From contig JAKZTB010000106.1 of the NCBI GenBank assembly GCA_047517345.1, positions 14,473-78,472 on the forward strand: DNA of 64,000 nt, in the 5' to 3' direction. The notes under the pieces are model-generated. The model ran no database searches and was not told the origin of the DNA. It saw only the letters and a program-made list of their open reading frames with translations. This DNA comes from Alphaproteobacteria bacterium. Its GTDB lineage: Bacteria > Pseudomonadota > Alphaproteobacteria > UBA8366 > GCA-2717185. Positions 43,315 through 51,768 of the stretch are shown piece by piece; the stretch's first letter is position 1, and each line of letters starts with the position of its first letter. The translations under genes and the position numbers were made by a program.

Positions 43315-44152
43315 CTATCCGCCATCGCCCAGCTCAGCGCACAACGCGTCCATGCGCAGTTCACCGTCGCGGGTCTGGCCGCCGATTTCCAGGAAGCGCC
43401 GCATGTTCCGGCGCGCATCGTCGGTGCGCAGGAGCTGCTCGAACAAATAGGCTTCCTCGAACAGCCCGTCGAGCCACGGCCGTTCCGATTGGTTGACGGC
43501 AAGCTTCGCCTGGCGCACCGCGGGGGGCGGGAAGGAGGCGATGCGTTTGGCCAACTTCTCGACGAACGAGCCGATCTCGTCCGGCTCGAAGATACGGTTG
43601 AGGTAGCCCCAGCGCTCCGCCGTCTCGGCATCCATATCGTCGCCGCTCAGAATCAATTCCAGCGCCACGGCCGCGGCCCATTAATCGCGGCAGACGTTGC
43701 GTGCCGGTGCCGCCGGGAATGATGCCGAGCGGCACCTCCATCTGGTTGACCTTGGTCTTGCCGCGCACGCCGAAGCGCATGTCCATGGACGTCGACAGCT
43801 CGCTGCCGCCGCCGCCGACCCGGCCTTCGATCTGCGCGATCACGACCTTGTTCATGGTGCGGAAGCGCTCGCACAAGGCATGGAACGGTTTCAGCTGAGA
43901 ATCGCGCTGCGGCTCGAACCCGATCGGCCGCTCCAGGATCGCCGCGACATCGAAATGGGCGAGGAAGAAGTTCGGGTCGGCGCTGCGCATCACCACGACG
44001 GTGAGCGCCATGTCGGCCTTGAGCTCCGAGGACAGCCGGTCGAGTTCCGCCAGCAGCGCCATGGTGATGACGTTCGCCGGCGGATTGTCGATGGTCACGG
44101 TGGCGACCCGCCCGTCGGTTTCGACGGTCAGCAGTTCGAAGTCGTAGGGCAT
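43315..44152 (-). pseudogene. Enoyl-CoA hydratase/isomerase (crotonase) family gene with a 1-nt insertion frameshift
   Basis: The N-terminal frame (ORF 43361-44152) is crotonase-like up to GTGTQRLPRLMGRGR and then degenerates. The continuation ALELILSGDDMDAETAERWGYLNR... is in another frame (ORF 43315-43668). The junction is ggccgtGgcgctgg near 43666-43670. Total length is 838 nt, which is 279 codons plus 1. Confidence 0.75.
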
Positions 44153-44154
44153 AG

Positions 44155-45027
44155 TTATTCCTTACTGTATCGGTTCAAAATCTCGGTCGTTGGCTTGATA
44201 GCAATGTTCTCGGCGCGCAGTGCGTTGACAACAGCCCTGCCCATATCGGCCGCGCCCGGCGTATCGCTATGCAGGCAGTAGGTATCGGCGTTCATGGGCA
44301 CCATCGTGCCGTCTTCCGCCTCCACGATGCCGTCTCGCACGACGCTGACGATCTGGCCCGCCGCTTCCTCGGCACTCTCCAACAGTGCGCGCGGATGGGC
44401 GCGGTCGACGATGCGGCCGTTCGAACCGTAACGGCGATCGGCATAGCATTCCGTGGCGACGATAAGGCCAGACGCCTTCATCTGGCCCAGGGTTCCCGAG
44501 ATAGCCGGCGCGATGACGATAATTTCCGGGTCGAAGGTGCGGACCGCCTTGATCATCGCCGCGCAGGCCCATTCCTCTTCCGAGACATCGTAATACAGCG
44601 CGCCATGGCATTTGACCGTGCGGATGCGCCGACCGAATTCGCGCAAGACGCCGTCCAAGGCGCCGAATTGGTAAAGGAACACGCTGACCAGCTCGTCGGG
44701 GGTCATGGCGACGTGCGTTTGACCGAAATTGAAGATATCCGGGTAGGAGGGGTGGGCGCCAATCTGGATTTTGTTCTCCAGCAGCGACGGGATCAGCCGC
44801 CGCAGGACCAGCGGGTCGCCCGAATGCAGCCCGCAGGCGAGATAGGCCGAGGTGATGATCGGCAGCAACGCGTCGTCAGCGCGTTGCATCGTTTGCCGCG
44901 GGTGGAAGCTGAGGCCCGTTTCCGGCACGGTGGTTTGTTTCAGAACGTCGATTGGAATGCCGGCGGGCGGCAGGACGAAGCCCTCGGCGAGCTCGGTCGA
45001 CAGATCGACTGCGCGGTCTTCGGTCAC
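44155..45027 (-). CDS. LamB/YcsF family protein (5-oxoprolinase subunit A, PxpA-like lactamase)
   Basis: 290 aa. Motifs: ITSAYLACGLHSGDP, IGAHPSYPD, YQFGALDG, VKCHGALY. There is an insertion in the N-terminal metal-site region, and no pxpB/pxpC genes are adjacent. Confidence 0.8.
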   Translation of the reverse strand: MTEDRAVDLSTELAEGFVLPPAGIPIDVLKQTTVPETGLSFHPRQTMQRADDALLPIITSAYLACGLHSGDPLVLRRLIPSLLENKIQIGAHPSYPDIFNFGQTHVAMTPDELVSVFLYQFGALDGVLREFGRRIRTVKCHGALYYDVSEEEWACAAMIKAVRTFDPEIIVIAPAISGTLGQMKASGLIVATECYADRRYGSNGRIVDRAHPRALLESAEEAAGQIVSVVRDGIVEAEDGTMVPMNADTYCLHSDTPGAADMGRAVVNALRAENIAIKPTTEILNRYSKE

Positions 45028-45031
45028 GGGG

Positions 45032-46231
45032 TCACCCTGCCTCTTCCATCGCCGCCCCGTCCGCCAGGAGCCGTGCGATCTCCTCCGCGTCGTAACCGTG
45101 TTCGGCCAAGATGGTGCGGGTGTGCTCGCCGAAGCGGGGCGGATCGCGCCGGATATCGGCGGGCGACTTGCTCAACGTGTAGGGCGGTTTCATCAGCCGG
45201 ACGCGGCCCTCCGACGGATGCTCGGTTTCGTGCCAAAAGCCGACATCGGCGAGATGACCGTCGGCCACGACGTCGTCCAGAGTCGAGATCGGCATGCACG
45301 GGACACCGGCTTCGGCCAACACCGTCACCCATTCCGCCGTGGTACGTTCGGCCATCAATTCACCGATCAGCGCGTTGACGGCATCGATGTTTTCGCGGCG
45401 TTCGTCGCGGTTCTGCAGGATCGGATTGTCCCACAGATCCTCGCGGCCGATGGCGCTCAGCAGGCCGCGCCAATGCTTGTCGCTGCCGGGCAGAGCGCAG
45501 ATATGGCCGTCCTTCGTCTTGTAGGGCCAGCGCATCGGCGTGGCATGGCGCATCGAGCCCGCCGGGCCTTGCGCCGGCACGAAACTCTTGCCGGAGAGAT
45601 GTTCCAGGAAGGTGAAACTCACCATACTCTCGAACATCGGTACTTCGATCTCCTGCCCCTCGCCGGTGGCCAGCTTGTGGTACAGCGCCGCCGCCATGGC
45701 GTAGGCCGCGAACAGGCCGGTAGTCTTGTCGGCGATCAGGGACGGGACGTAGCGCGCTTCTTTTCCGCCGAACGCTTCCAGCGCGACGAGGCCGGACGCG
45801 CCCTGGATGACGTCGTCATAGGCCGCCTGGCCCGCATAGCGCCCCTCGCGCCCGAAGCCCCAGATGTTGCAGTAGATCAGGCCCGGATTGATTGCACGGG
45901 CGCTGTCGTAGTCGAAGCCCAGCCGGGCCAAGGGTTCGGGCCGCATATTGTGGACGAACACATCGGTTTCGCGCATTAGCGCCCGCATCGCCTCGGCTCC
46001 ACCCTCGGTCTTCAGGTTCAGGCTTATGGCGCGCTTGTTGCGGTTGATCTGCAGGAAGCTTGCCGCCATGCCGGGATTGACCGACGGACCGCTGCCGCGT
46101 GTCAGATCGCCGTCCGGCGCTTCGACCTTGATCACCTCCGCGCCCATATCACCCAGCATTTGAGAGGCGTATGGCCCGACGAACACCGTCGTCATGTCCA
46201 ACACCCGAATCCCGTCGAACGGTCCTGTCAT
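45032..46231 (-). CDS. Family III CoA-transferase (CaiB/BaiF/Frc type)
   Basis: 399 aa. Motifs: GIRVLDMTTVFVGPYASQMLGDMGAEVIKVE, NRNKRAISLNLK, GFG...AYDDVIQGASG. Confidence 0.9.
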   Translation of the reverse strand: MTGPFDGIRVLDMTTVFVGPYASQMLGDMGAEVIKVEAPDGDLTRGSGPSVNPGMAASFLQINRNKRAISLNLKTEGGAEAMRALMRETDVFVHNMRPEPLARLGFDYDSARAINPGLIYCNIWGFGREGRYAGQAAYDDVIQGASGLVALEAFGGKEARYVPSLIADKTTGLFAAYAMAAALYHKLATGEGQEIEVPMFESMVSFTFLEHLSGKSFVPAQGPAGSMRHATPMRWPYKTKDGHICALPGSDKHWRGLLSAIGREDLWDNPILQNRDERRENIDAVNALIGELMAERTTAEWVTVLAEAGVPCMPISTLDDVVADGHLADVGFWHETEHPSEGRVRLMKPPYTLSKSPADIRRDPPRFGEHTRTILAEHGYDAEEIARLLADGAAMEEAG

Positions 46232-46279
46232 ATGTACGCTTTCCCTTTTTGTTTGTTCGCGCTACGCGAATGCGGCGGC

Positions 46280-47200
46280 CTAACTTTTGGAGGCTATGAT
46301 CGAGTCGTAGGTGAGTTTCGCGGCGGCGACATCCATGATCGCAATGCCGATGGAGTCGTAAATGACGGTGGCGCTGCCCGGCACCGATTTCGTGCCGGCG
46401 TAAATTTCGCCGACCTCGGCGAATATCTCGCACCCGGAGGCTCGGATGTCGCCCGCCTGATCCTTGGCCGCGTCCACGGATTCGACGAGGACGGTGTTGG
46501 CCATCGCCGCATCGTCCAGTTCCCGACCGTCGGCGGTGTTCCAGCCGACGGAGGTGACGAACGCTCCTGGCTTGAGCCACGCACCTTTGAGGATCGGCTC
46601 GGTCGCCGATGTCGTGCAAGCGACGATGTCGGCGTCTCGAACCGCCTGTTCCGCGTCGGCGACGAACACCGTACCGATGTCGTTCGCCACTTCGCGCCCT
46701 GCCGTTTCGTTGCGCGCCCAGAGACGAAGCTCCCGGTAATCCCGGACCACAGAAAAGGCCTCGGCGTGGGCGCGCGCCTGAACGCCATTGCCCATGATCG
46801 TCACGACATCCGGCTTCTCGACCGCGAGCCTGCGTGCGGCGGCAGCCGATCCGGCGGCGGTGCGCATTTCCGTAATCAGCCTTCCGTCGAGGACGGCGAG
46901 CGGCGAGCCGTTTTTCTTATCGAAAACCAGGATCACCGCCTGGTGGGTCGGCAGATCCGTGCCGGCGTTCGCGTGGTACAGGGTCACGACCTTGACGGCC
47001 ATCGCCTCGCCGACGGCGGGCATCACCGCGATGATCGCGTCATGCCCCGGAACCGGCACCATCTGACGTACGGGCTGCGCGACCTCACCGGCCGAAAATG
47101 ATGCCATCGCGGCCTCGACCGTATCGATGAGGGGACCCCATTCCAGTACCGCCTGGATTTCGGTTTCGCTGAAATAGGGCAACGTGTCTTTGTCAATCAT
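46280..47200 (-). CDS. Ornithine cyclodeaminase / mu-crystallin family NAD-dependent enzyme
   Basis: 306 aa. Motifs: LITEMRTAAGSAAAARRLA, TIMGNGVQARAH, DIVACTTSATEPIL, TSVGW. Confidence 0.85.
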   Translation of the reverse strand: MIDKDTLPYFSETEIQAVLEWGPLIDTVEAAMASFSAGEVAQPVRQMVPVPGHDAIIAVMPAVGEAMAVKVVTLYHANAGTDLPTHQAVILVFDKKNGSPLAVLDGRLITEMRTAAGSAAAARRLAVEKPDVVTIMGNGVQARAHAEAFSVVRDYRELRLWARNETAGREVANDIGTVFVADAEQAVRDADIVACTTSATEPILKGAWLKPGAFVTSVGWNTADGRELDDAAMANTVLVESVDAAKDQAGDIRASGCEIFAEVGEIYAGTKSVPGSATVIYDSIGIAIMDVAAAKLTYDSIIASKS

Positions 47201-47236
47201 GATTGTTTCCCAAAGAATAGTTTGCGTTACCGTTTC

Positions 47237-48025
47237 CTAGTATCCGACATATTTGCCATCGCGCTTCTCCTGGAACGCGGCGATCGCTTCCGGATGGTCG
47301 GGGCCGGCGCGGGCGACGGCGATGTGGGAGCTGATCAGGTCGAACGCCGTATTCATGTCGGCGTTGAGTCCCTGATAGACGGCGCGCTTGATCAGCCGCA
47401 CCGAGAGCGGCGGCATCGAGGCGATGCGCTTGGCGATCTTGCGGGTCTCGTCCATCATCGTGTCGTTGGGGAAAACGTGGTTGACGAGGCCGATCTCGAG
47501 CGCCAGATCGGCGTCGATGAATTCCGCCGTCCACAGCAACTCCAGCGCGCGTCCGGTGCCGACCAGCCGCGGCAGGAAGTACGCGCCGCCGCCGCCGGGC
47601 GCGAGGCCGATCTTGGCGTAGGTTTCGGCGAAGCGGGCGGATTGCGCGGCGACCCGGAAATCGCAAGCCAGCGCCAGATCCATGCCGCCGCCGACGGCGA
47701 GGCCGTTGACCGCGGCAATGACCGGCTTGTCGAACCGCGCGAGCCGCTTCGGGAAGGCCTGAATGCCGCCCCAGATGCGGTTCTTGGTGATGTGCGGCCG
47801 GTTGTCCACAGCCTCCCCCATGGTGCCGATATCGCCGCCGGTGGAGAAGCCGCGCCCCGTGCCGGTCAGGATCACGACGCGCACGTCGTCCCGTGCCTCG
47901 CATTCGTCGAACGACGCGACGAGTCCTTCCAGCATGTCGTCGGTGAACGCATTCAGTTTCGCCGGGCGGTTCAGCGTCAGGGTGGCGATACCGTCGCTCA
48001 CCTCGAAGATCAGGTTCTCGGACAT
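47237..48025 (-). CDS. Enoyl-CoA hydratase/isomerase family protein
   Basis: 262 aa. Motifs: ATLTLNRPAKLNAF, VVILTGTGRGFSTGGDI, PVIAAVNGLAVGGG. Confidence 0.9.
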   Translation of the reverse strand: MSENLIFEVSDGIATLTLNRPAKLNAFTDDMLEGLVASFDECEARDDVRVVILTGTGRGFSTGGDIGTMGEAVDNRPHITKNRIWGGIQAFPKRLARFDKPVIAAVNGLAVGGGMDLALACDFRVAAQSARFAETYAKIGLAPGGGGAYFLPRLVGTGRALELLWTAEFIDADLALEIGLVNHVFPNDTMMDETRKIAKRIASMPPLSVRLIKRAVYQGLNADMNTAFDLISSHIAVARAGPDHPEAIAAFQEKRDGKYVGY

Positions 48026-48051
48026 GGGTGTCTCCTTGTGCGTGAAATCGT

Positions 48052-49635
48052 TCAGTCGGTGTTCTGGCGGCGCCCGGCGAGCTTCTCGCCGGTCTCGTAG
48101 TAGCGGCCGGTCACGGCAAGCTCGGCTTCCTCCGCGTTCTCATCCGTCCATTGGGTCAGCGGATAGCCGTGCCACGGTTCCTTGAGGTCGAGAGGCGGCA
48201 GGCCGAGCGCTGCCCAGCGCGCCTTGGCGGTCTCCATGAAGTCCTCGCGCGGCAGCGAGACCGGCATATAGGGATGTTCGCGGCACGCGTTGATCAGCAG
48301 GGCCGACGCGCCTTGTCCATCCGGGTAGATTTCGTCCGGCGAGGACGGGATCGACGGGTCCAGCCGGGGCACTTTGCCGCGGATAATCTCCGCGTCGCGG
48401 TGCGGCTGCATGCTGTAGGACAGCGCCCAGAGGATTTGGTCCATCGAATCTGGGTCGACGTCGGAATCCACCGCGATGAAGATCTTGCCGAGCGACGCGT
48501 CGAAGGCCGCCGCGGCGCGTAGCGCCTGCCAGGGCTGGCCGATCGCCGGCTTGTCGAGCTGGATGACGAACATCATGTTGCAGCTCGCCATCTCGTGGCA
48601 CGCGACCTTTGTGACCGAGGGGATGTTGCAGGCGCCCTTCAAATGGTTCAGGTAGATAGCGTCGAACGCGACCTTGCGGATGACACTGCTTTCGCTGGGC
48701 GGGTATTTGCTGATGATGCCCTGGCAGATCGGCTGCTCGCGATGGGTGATCGCCTTCACCTCGAAGACCTTTTCCATCTTGCGCGGGCCGAGATAGCCGC
48801 TCGCCTCGCCGAACGGCGCTTCCGGCTCCAATATGTCGGTGCGGATGATGCCTTCGATGACGATCTCCGCGCGGGCCGGGACCATGCAGTCGAAGGTCTC
48901 CGCCGGAACGACGTCGATCGCAGCACCATTCAACGCGCCGGCCAGCCCGTACTCGTCGACGCCGTACGGCACCTTGCTGGCCGCCGCCAGCAGCAGGGCC
49001 GGCGGACCGCCGATGACGATCGCGGCTTCGAGATGCTGGCCCATGCGGCGCGCCTTGTCCCATTGGATCGCGAGGTGCTGCGTCGGCACATCGGTTGCGC
49101 AGCCGATCCGGTCCGGCGCCTTGATCATGCCGCGATAGATGCCGAGATTGTAATCGCCGTTCTCCGGGTCGCGGGTCACCCACGCGCCGGCGGTGATGTA
49201 GGGCGCGGGATCGAAGCCGGGCGTGGAAATCAGATGCGGGAACTTGCCGGCGCCGTCGCCCAGGTCGGGCGCGCGCATGATCACCGATTTGACAGGCGCC
49301 TGGTCTTTCGCGACCTCGTTCGGGAGCAGATGATTGCCGTGTGCCTTCGCCCAATGCGCGCCGATCTCGTCTTCCGCCACACCGCAGGCCGCCGCATAGA
49401 TCGCGCGCGAACTGCCGAGCGCGCCGCGCACGACCGAACCGTCGAAATTGGTGCCGCGCTGGGCCGTGACGTTGCGGAACCAGAACGCCTTGCGCTGCGG
49501 CTCCGGCAGTCCCCGGAATTGCAGCTGGACCAGCGGCACCAGTTCGGTGTCCTTATTCATCGGCTCGTCGATCACCTGCAGCAGTCCGCGGCGGTCGAGC
49601 TCCTCGATATAGTCGCGCAGATCGCGGTACGGCAT
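48052..49635 (-). CDS. UbiD-family (prFMN-dependent) decarboxylase
   Basis: 527 aa. Motifs: LRDYIEELDRRGLL, NLGIYRGMI, EYGLAGAL, IVIEGII...EAPFGEASGY. No ubiX-like gene in the window. Confidence 0.9.
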   Translation of the reverse strand: MPYRDLRDYIEELDRRGLLQVIDEPMNKDTELVPLVQLQFRGLPEPQRKAFWFRNVTAQRGTNFDGSVVRGALGSSRAIYAAACGVAEDEIGAHWAKAHGNHLLPNEVAKDQAPVKSVIMRAPDLGDGAGKFPHLISTPGFDPAPYITAGAWVTRDPENGDYNLGIYRGMIKAPDRIGCATDVPTQHLAIQWDKARRMGQHLEAAIVIGGPPALLLAAASKVPYGVDEYGLAGALNGAAIDVVPAETFDCMVPARAEIVIEGIIRTDILEPEAPFGEASGYLGPRKMEKVFEVKAITHREQPICQGIISKYPPSESSVIRKVAFDAIYLNHLKGACNIPSVTKVACHEMASCNMMFVIQLDKPAIGQPWQALRAAAAFDASLGKIFIAVDSDVDPDSMDQILWALSYSMQPHRDAEIIRGKVPRLDPSIPSSPDEIYPDGQGASALLINACREHPYMPVSLPREDFMETAKARWAALGLPPLDLKEPWHGYPLTQWTDENAEEAELAVTGRYYETGEKLAGRRQNTD

Positions 49636-49669
49636 GTTGAATATTCCTCTAAATCGAATATGGGTTGTC

Positions 49670-50167
49670 CTAAGCGGCAGTTACCTTTTTAGGTCGGCCG
49701 GCGCGCCGGGGTCTGAAATGCGCCGCGAGCGCCAATTCATCGTCGCGCAACGCTCGCACAGCGATCTGCGCCGTCGATGGCAAAGGCTTGTCGGGCGCGC
49801 CGCGCCAGTTCTTGATTGTGTTTACGGTGACGCCCAGCACGTCCGCTGTTTCGGCATTTGATAATCTGGCTTGTTTTTGCCAATGCTTAAGATCGGAACC
49901 GGTTATCGTGCGTTGCTCGTCCGCCACGCGGCGCACATTCGGTGCTGGCCAATCGAGCCCGTTTTCCCATTCCAGCGTGTAACCCCAATCGGTAATCCGA
50001 ACCGATTTGAATGCCGCCGGATCGTCGATAAACCGGCCGAAATGCTCGGAACGGTGCACCAGGCCGGTAAGGTCGACTGTCGTCGTTTCATCGTTGTTCC
50101 AGGTGATGTCAAGCGTGAAGCCTCTGTTGGAGGCTATCGCGTCCGTCATGCGAGGTTCAGTGGCCAT
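49670..50167 (-). CDS. DUF2442 domain fused to a C-terminal XRE-like HTH (NE0471-like architecture)
   Basis: 165 aa from the ATG at 50167 (GGAGA 7 nt upstream). The N-terminal half, FTLDITWNNDETTTVDLTGLV...ITDWGYTLEWENGLDW, is DUF2442-like. The C-terminal half, ARLSNAETADVLGVTVNTIKNWR, is an HTH. Confidence 0.7.
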   Translation of the reverse strand: MATEPRMTDAIASNRGFTLDITWNNDETTTVDLTGLVHRSEHFGRFIDDPAAFKSVRITDWGYTLEWENGLDWPAPNVRRVADEQRTITGSDLKHWQKQARLSNAETADVLGVTVNTIKNWRGAPDKPLPSTAQIAVRALRDDELALAAHFRPRRAGRPKKVTAA

Positions 50168-50201
50168 ATTACGTCTCCGATCAATTCTCTCGTCGCGGTA
50201 C

Positions 50202-50429
50202 TTATCCATTTCCCCGATCCCATATGTCTTTTAACAGGTCGCGGTTCGCGCTTGCCCATTCGCGGGCTCGTCTCATGACGCTGCCGGGGACCTCTCCTGC
50301 AATCAATTCTAGAGTCTCTATAGAGACCTTGGCAGCGTAGTCCGGTGCGATGATGTGGAAGTGCGGTTCACCATGATCGTCGAAAAAGACTCTGATTTTG
50401 AAACGTCCAAAATCCTTCACGGTTGGCAT
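50202..50429 (-). CDS. DUF4160-family small protein
   Basis: 75 aa from the ATG at 50429 (GGAG about 9 nt upstream). MPTVKDFGRFKIRVFFDDHGEPHFHI is the characteristic DUF4160 N-terminus. Confidence 0.7.
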   Translation of the reverse strand: MPTVKDFGRFKIRVFFDDHGEPHFHIIAPDYAAKVSIETLELIAGEVPGSVMRRAREWASANRDLLKDIWDRGNG

Positions 50430-50459
50430 TACCGGCACTCCATGCATGCCGCATTAACA

Positions 50460-50508
50460 TAGGCCAATAATTGGCCTAAGCAAGAAAATAGGTAATTTAT
50501 TTGCCTAT
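50460..50508. promoter_or_regulatory. Two operator-like palindromes upstream of the DUF4160 gene
   Basis: TAGGCCAAT-A-ATTGGCCTA (50460-50478, perfect 9-bp arms) and ATAGGTAA-TTTAT-TTGCCTAT (50488-50508, 7/8 arms). Both contain a TAGG half-site and sit in an AT-rich divergent intergenic region. Confidence 0.4.
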
Positions 50509-50588
50509 ATTACTGCCGCCAATTTGTTCCGGACGTCTCATTGGGTACGATGTGTCGATCGAGAAATTGGAACTCTGGAGATCACGTC

Positions 50589-51755
50589 ATGCCTGCCCCC
50601 GTCTTTCGCACCCTTTTGTGTGAAATGCTCGATATCGAATACCCGATTCTGCTCGCCGGGATGGGATCGCGCGGCTTGGCGACGCCGCCGGCGCTGGTAG
50701 CGGCCGTGTCGGAAGCGGGCGGCATGGGGGTCGTCGGCGGATCCGGACTGACGCCGGACGAGTTGCGCAACCAGATCCGCGAAACCCGGAAGCTTACCGA
50801 CAAGCCGATCGGCGCCGACCTGATCCTCCCGGCGAAGGTGGCCGGCGGTGCGGGCGGCACCCGTTCGGAAGTGCGCGCGCAGTTGAAGGCCGACTTCCCG
50901 GAACATGTCGCCTTCGTAGGAGATTTGATGGTGCGGTACGGGTTGGAAGCGGTGCCGCTCGACAACGAGTTCGTCGTGGCGAACACCTCTGGCGCGGGCG
51001 GCGAGACGCCGGGCTCGAATACGAAGAACATGATCCAGCAGCAGGTCGACGTCATCATGGAGGAGGACGTGCAAATGTTCGCCGCCGGGCTGGGCGATCC
51101 GTCTTGGGTGGTGCCGATGGCGCGTGCGAAAAACATGATCGTGATGGGCCTCGTCGGCTCGCCGCGCAACGCTCAGCGGCAGGTCGAAGCCGGCGTCGAT
51201 ATCGTCGTGGCGCAGGGCTACGAGGCCGGCGGCCATACCGGCAAGATCGCCAATTTTCCATTGATCCCCCAGGTGGTCGACGCGGTCGCGCCGCGCCCTG
51301 TCGTGGCGGCCGGCGGGATCGCTGACGGGCGCGGGGTCGCCGCCGCGCTATCGTTGGGTGCGGTCGGGGTCTGGGTCGGGACCGCCTTCCTGGTGTCGAA
51401 GGAATGCGCCATCCACGACACCCACAAGCGGCAGATCCTGGACGGCGAGTCGCGCGATTTCGAGATCAGCCGCACCTATACCGGCAAGACGGCGCGGATG
51501 TTCCGCAACGAGGTCGTGGAAGCCTGGACCGAAGCGGATATCGATCCGCTGCTCATGCCGTACCAGAAGATCCTGATGGACGATTTCAACGCCGCGGCGC
51601 GCGACGCGGGCAGGCTGGAAGTGCACAGCAACCCGGCTGGGCAGGCCGCCGGGCTGCTGAACGAGATCCGGCCCGCTGCGGACATCCTGCAGGATTTGGT
51701 AACCGGTGCGCTGGAAACATTGGAAGCCGTTCGCGGACGCGTGACCACATCGTAG
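50589..51755 (+). CDS. Nitronate monooxygenase (NMO / 2-nitropropane dioxygenase-like FMN TIM barrel)
   Basis: 388 aa from the ATG at 50589 (TGGAG upstream). Motifs: LDIEYPILLAGMG, VAQGYEAGGHTG, VVAAGGIADGRG. Confidence 0.85.
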   Translation: MPAPVFRTLLCEMLDIEYPILLAGMGSRGLATPPALVAAVSEAGGMGVVGGSGLTPDELRNQIRETRKLTDKPIGADLILPAKVAGGAGGTRSEVRAQLKADFPEHVAFVGDLMVRYGLEAVPLDNEFVVANTSGAGGETPGSNTKNMIQQQVDVIMEEDVQMFAAGLGDPSWVVPMARAKNMIVMGLVGSPRNAQRQVEAGVDIVVAQGYEAGGHTGKIANFPLIPQVVDAVAPRPVVAAGGIADGRGVAAALSLGAVGVWVGTAFLVSKECAIHDTHKRQILDGESRDFEISRTYTGKTARMFRNEVVEAWTEADIDPLLMPYQKILMDDFNAAARDAGRLEVHSNPAGQAAGLLNEIRPAADILQDLVTGALETLEAVRGRVTTS

Positions 51756-51768
51756 GGAGTTCGGGACG

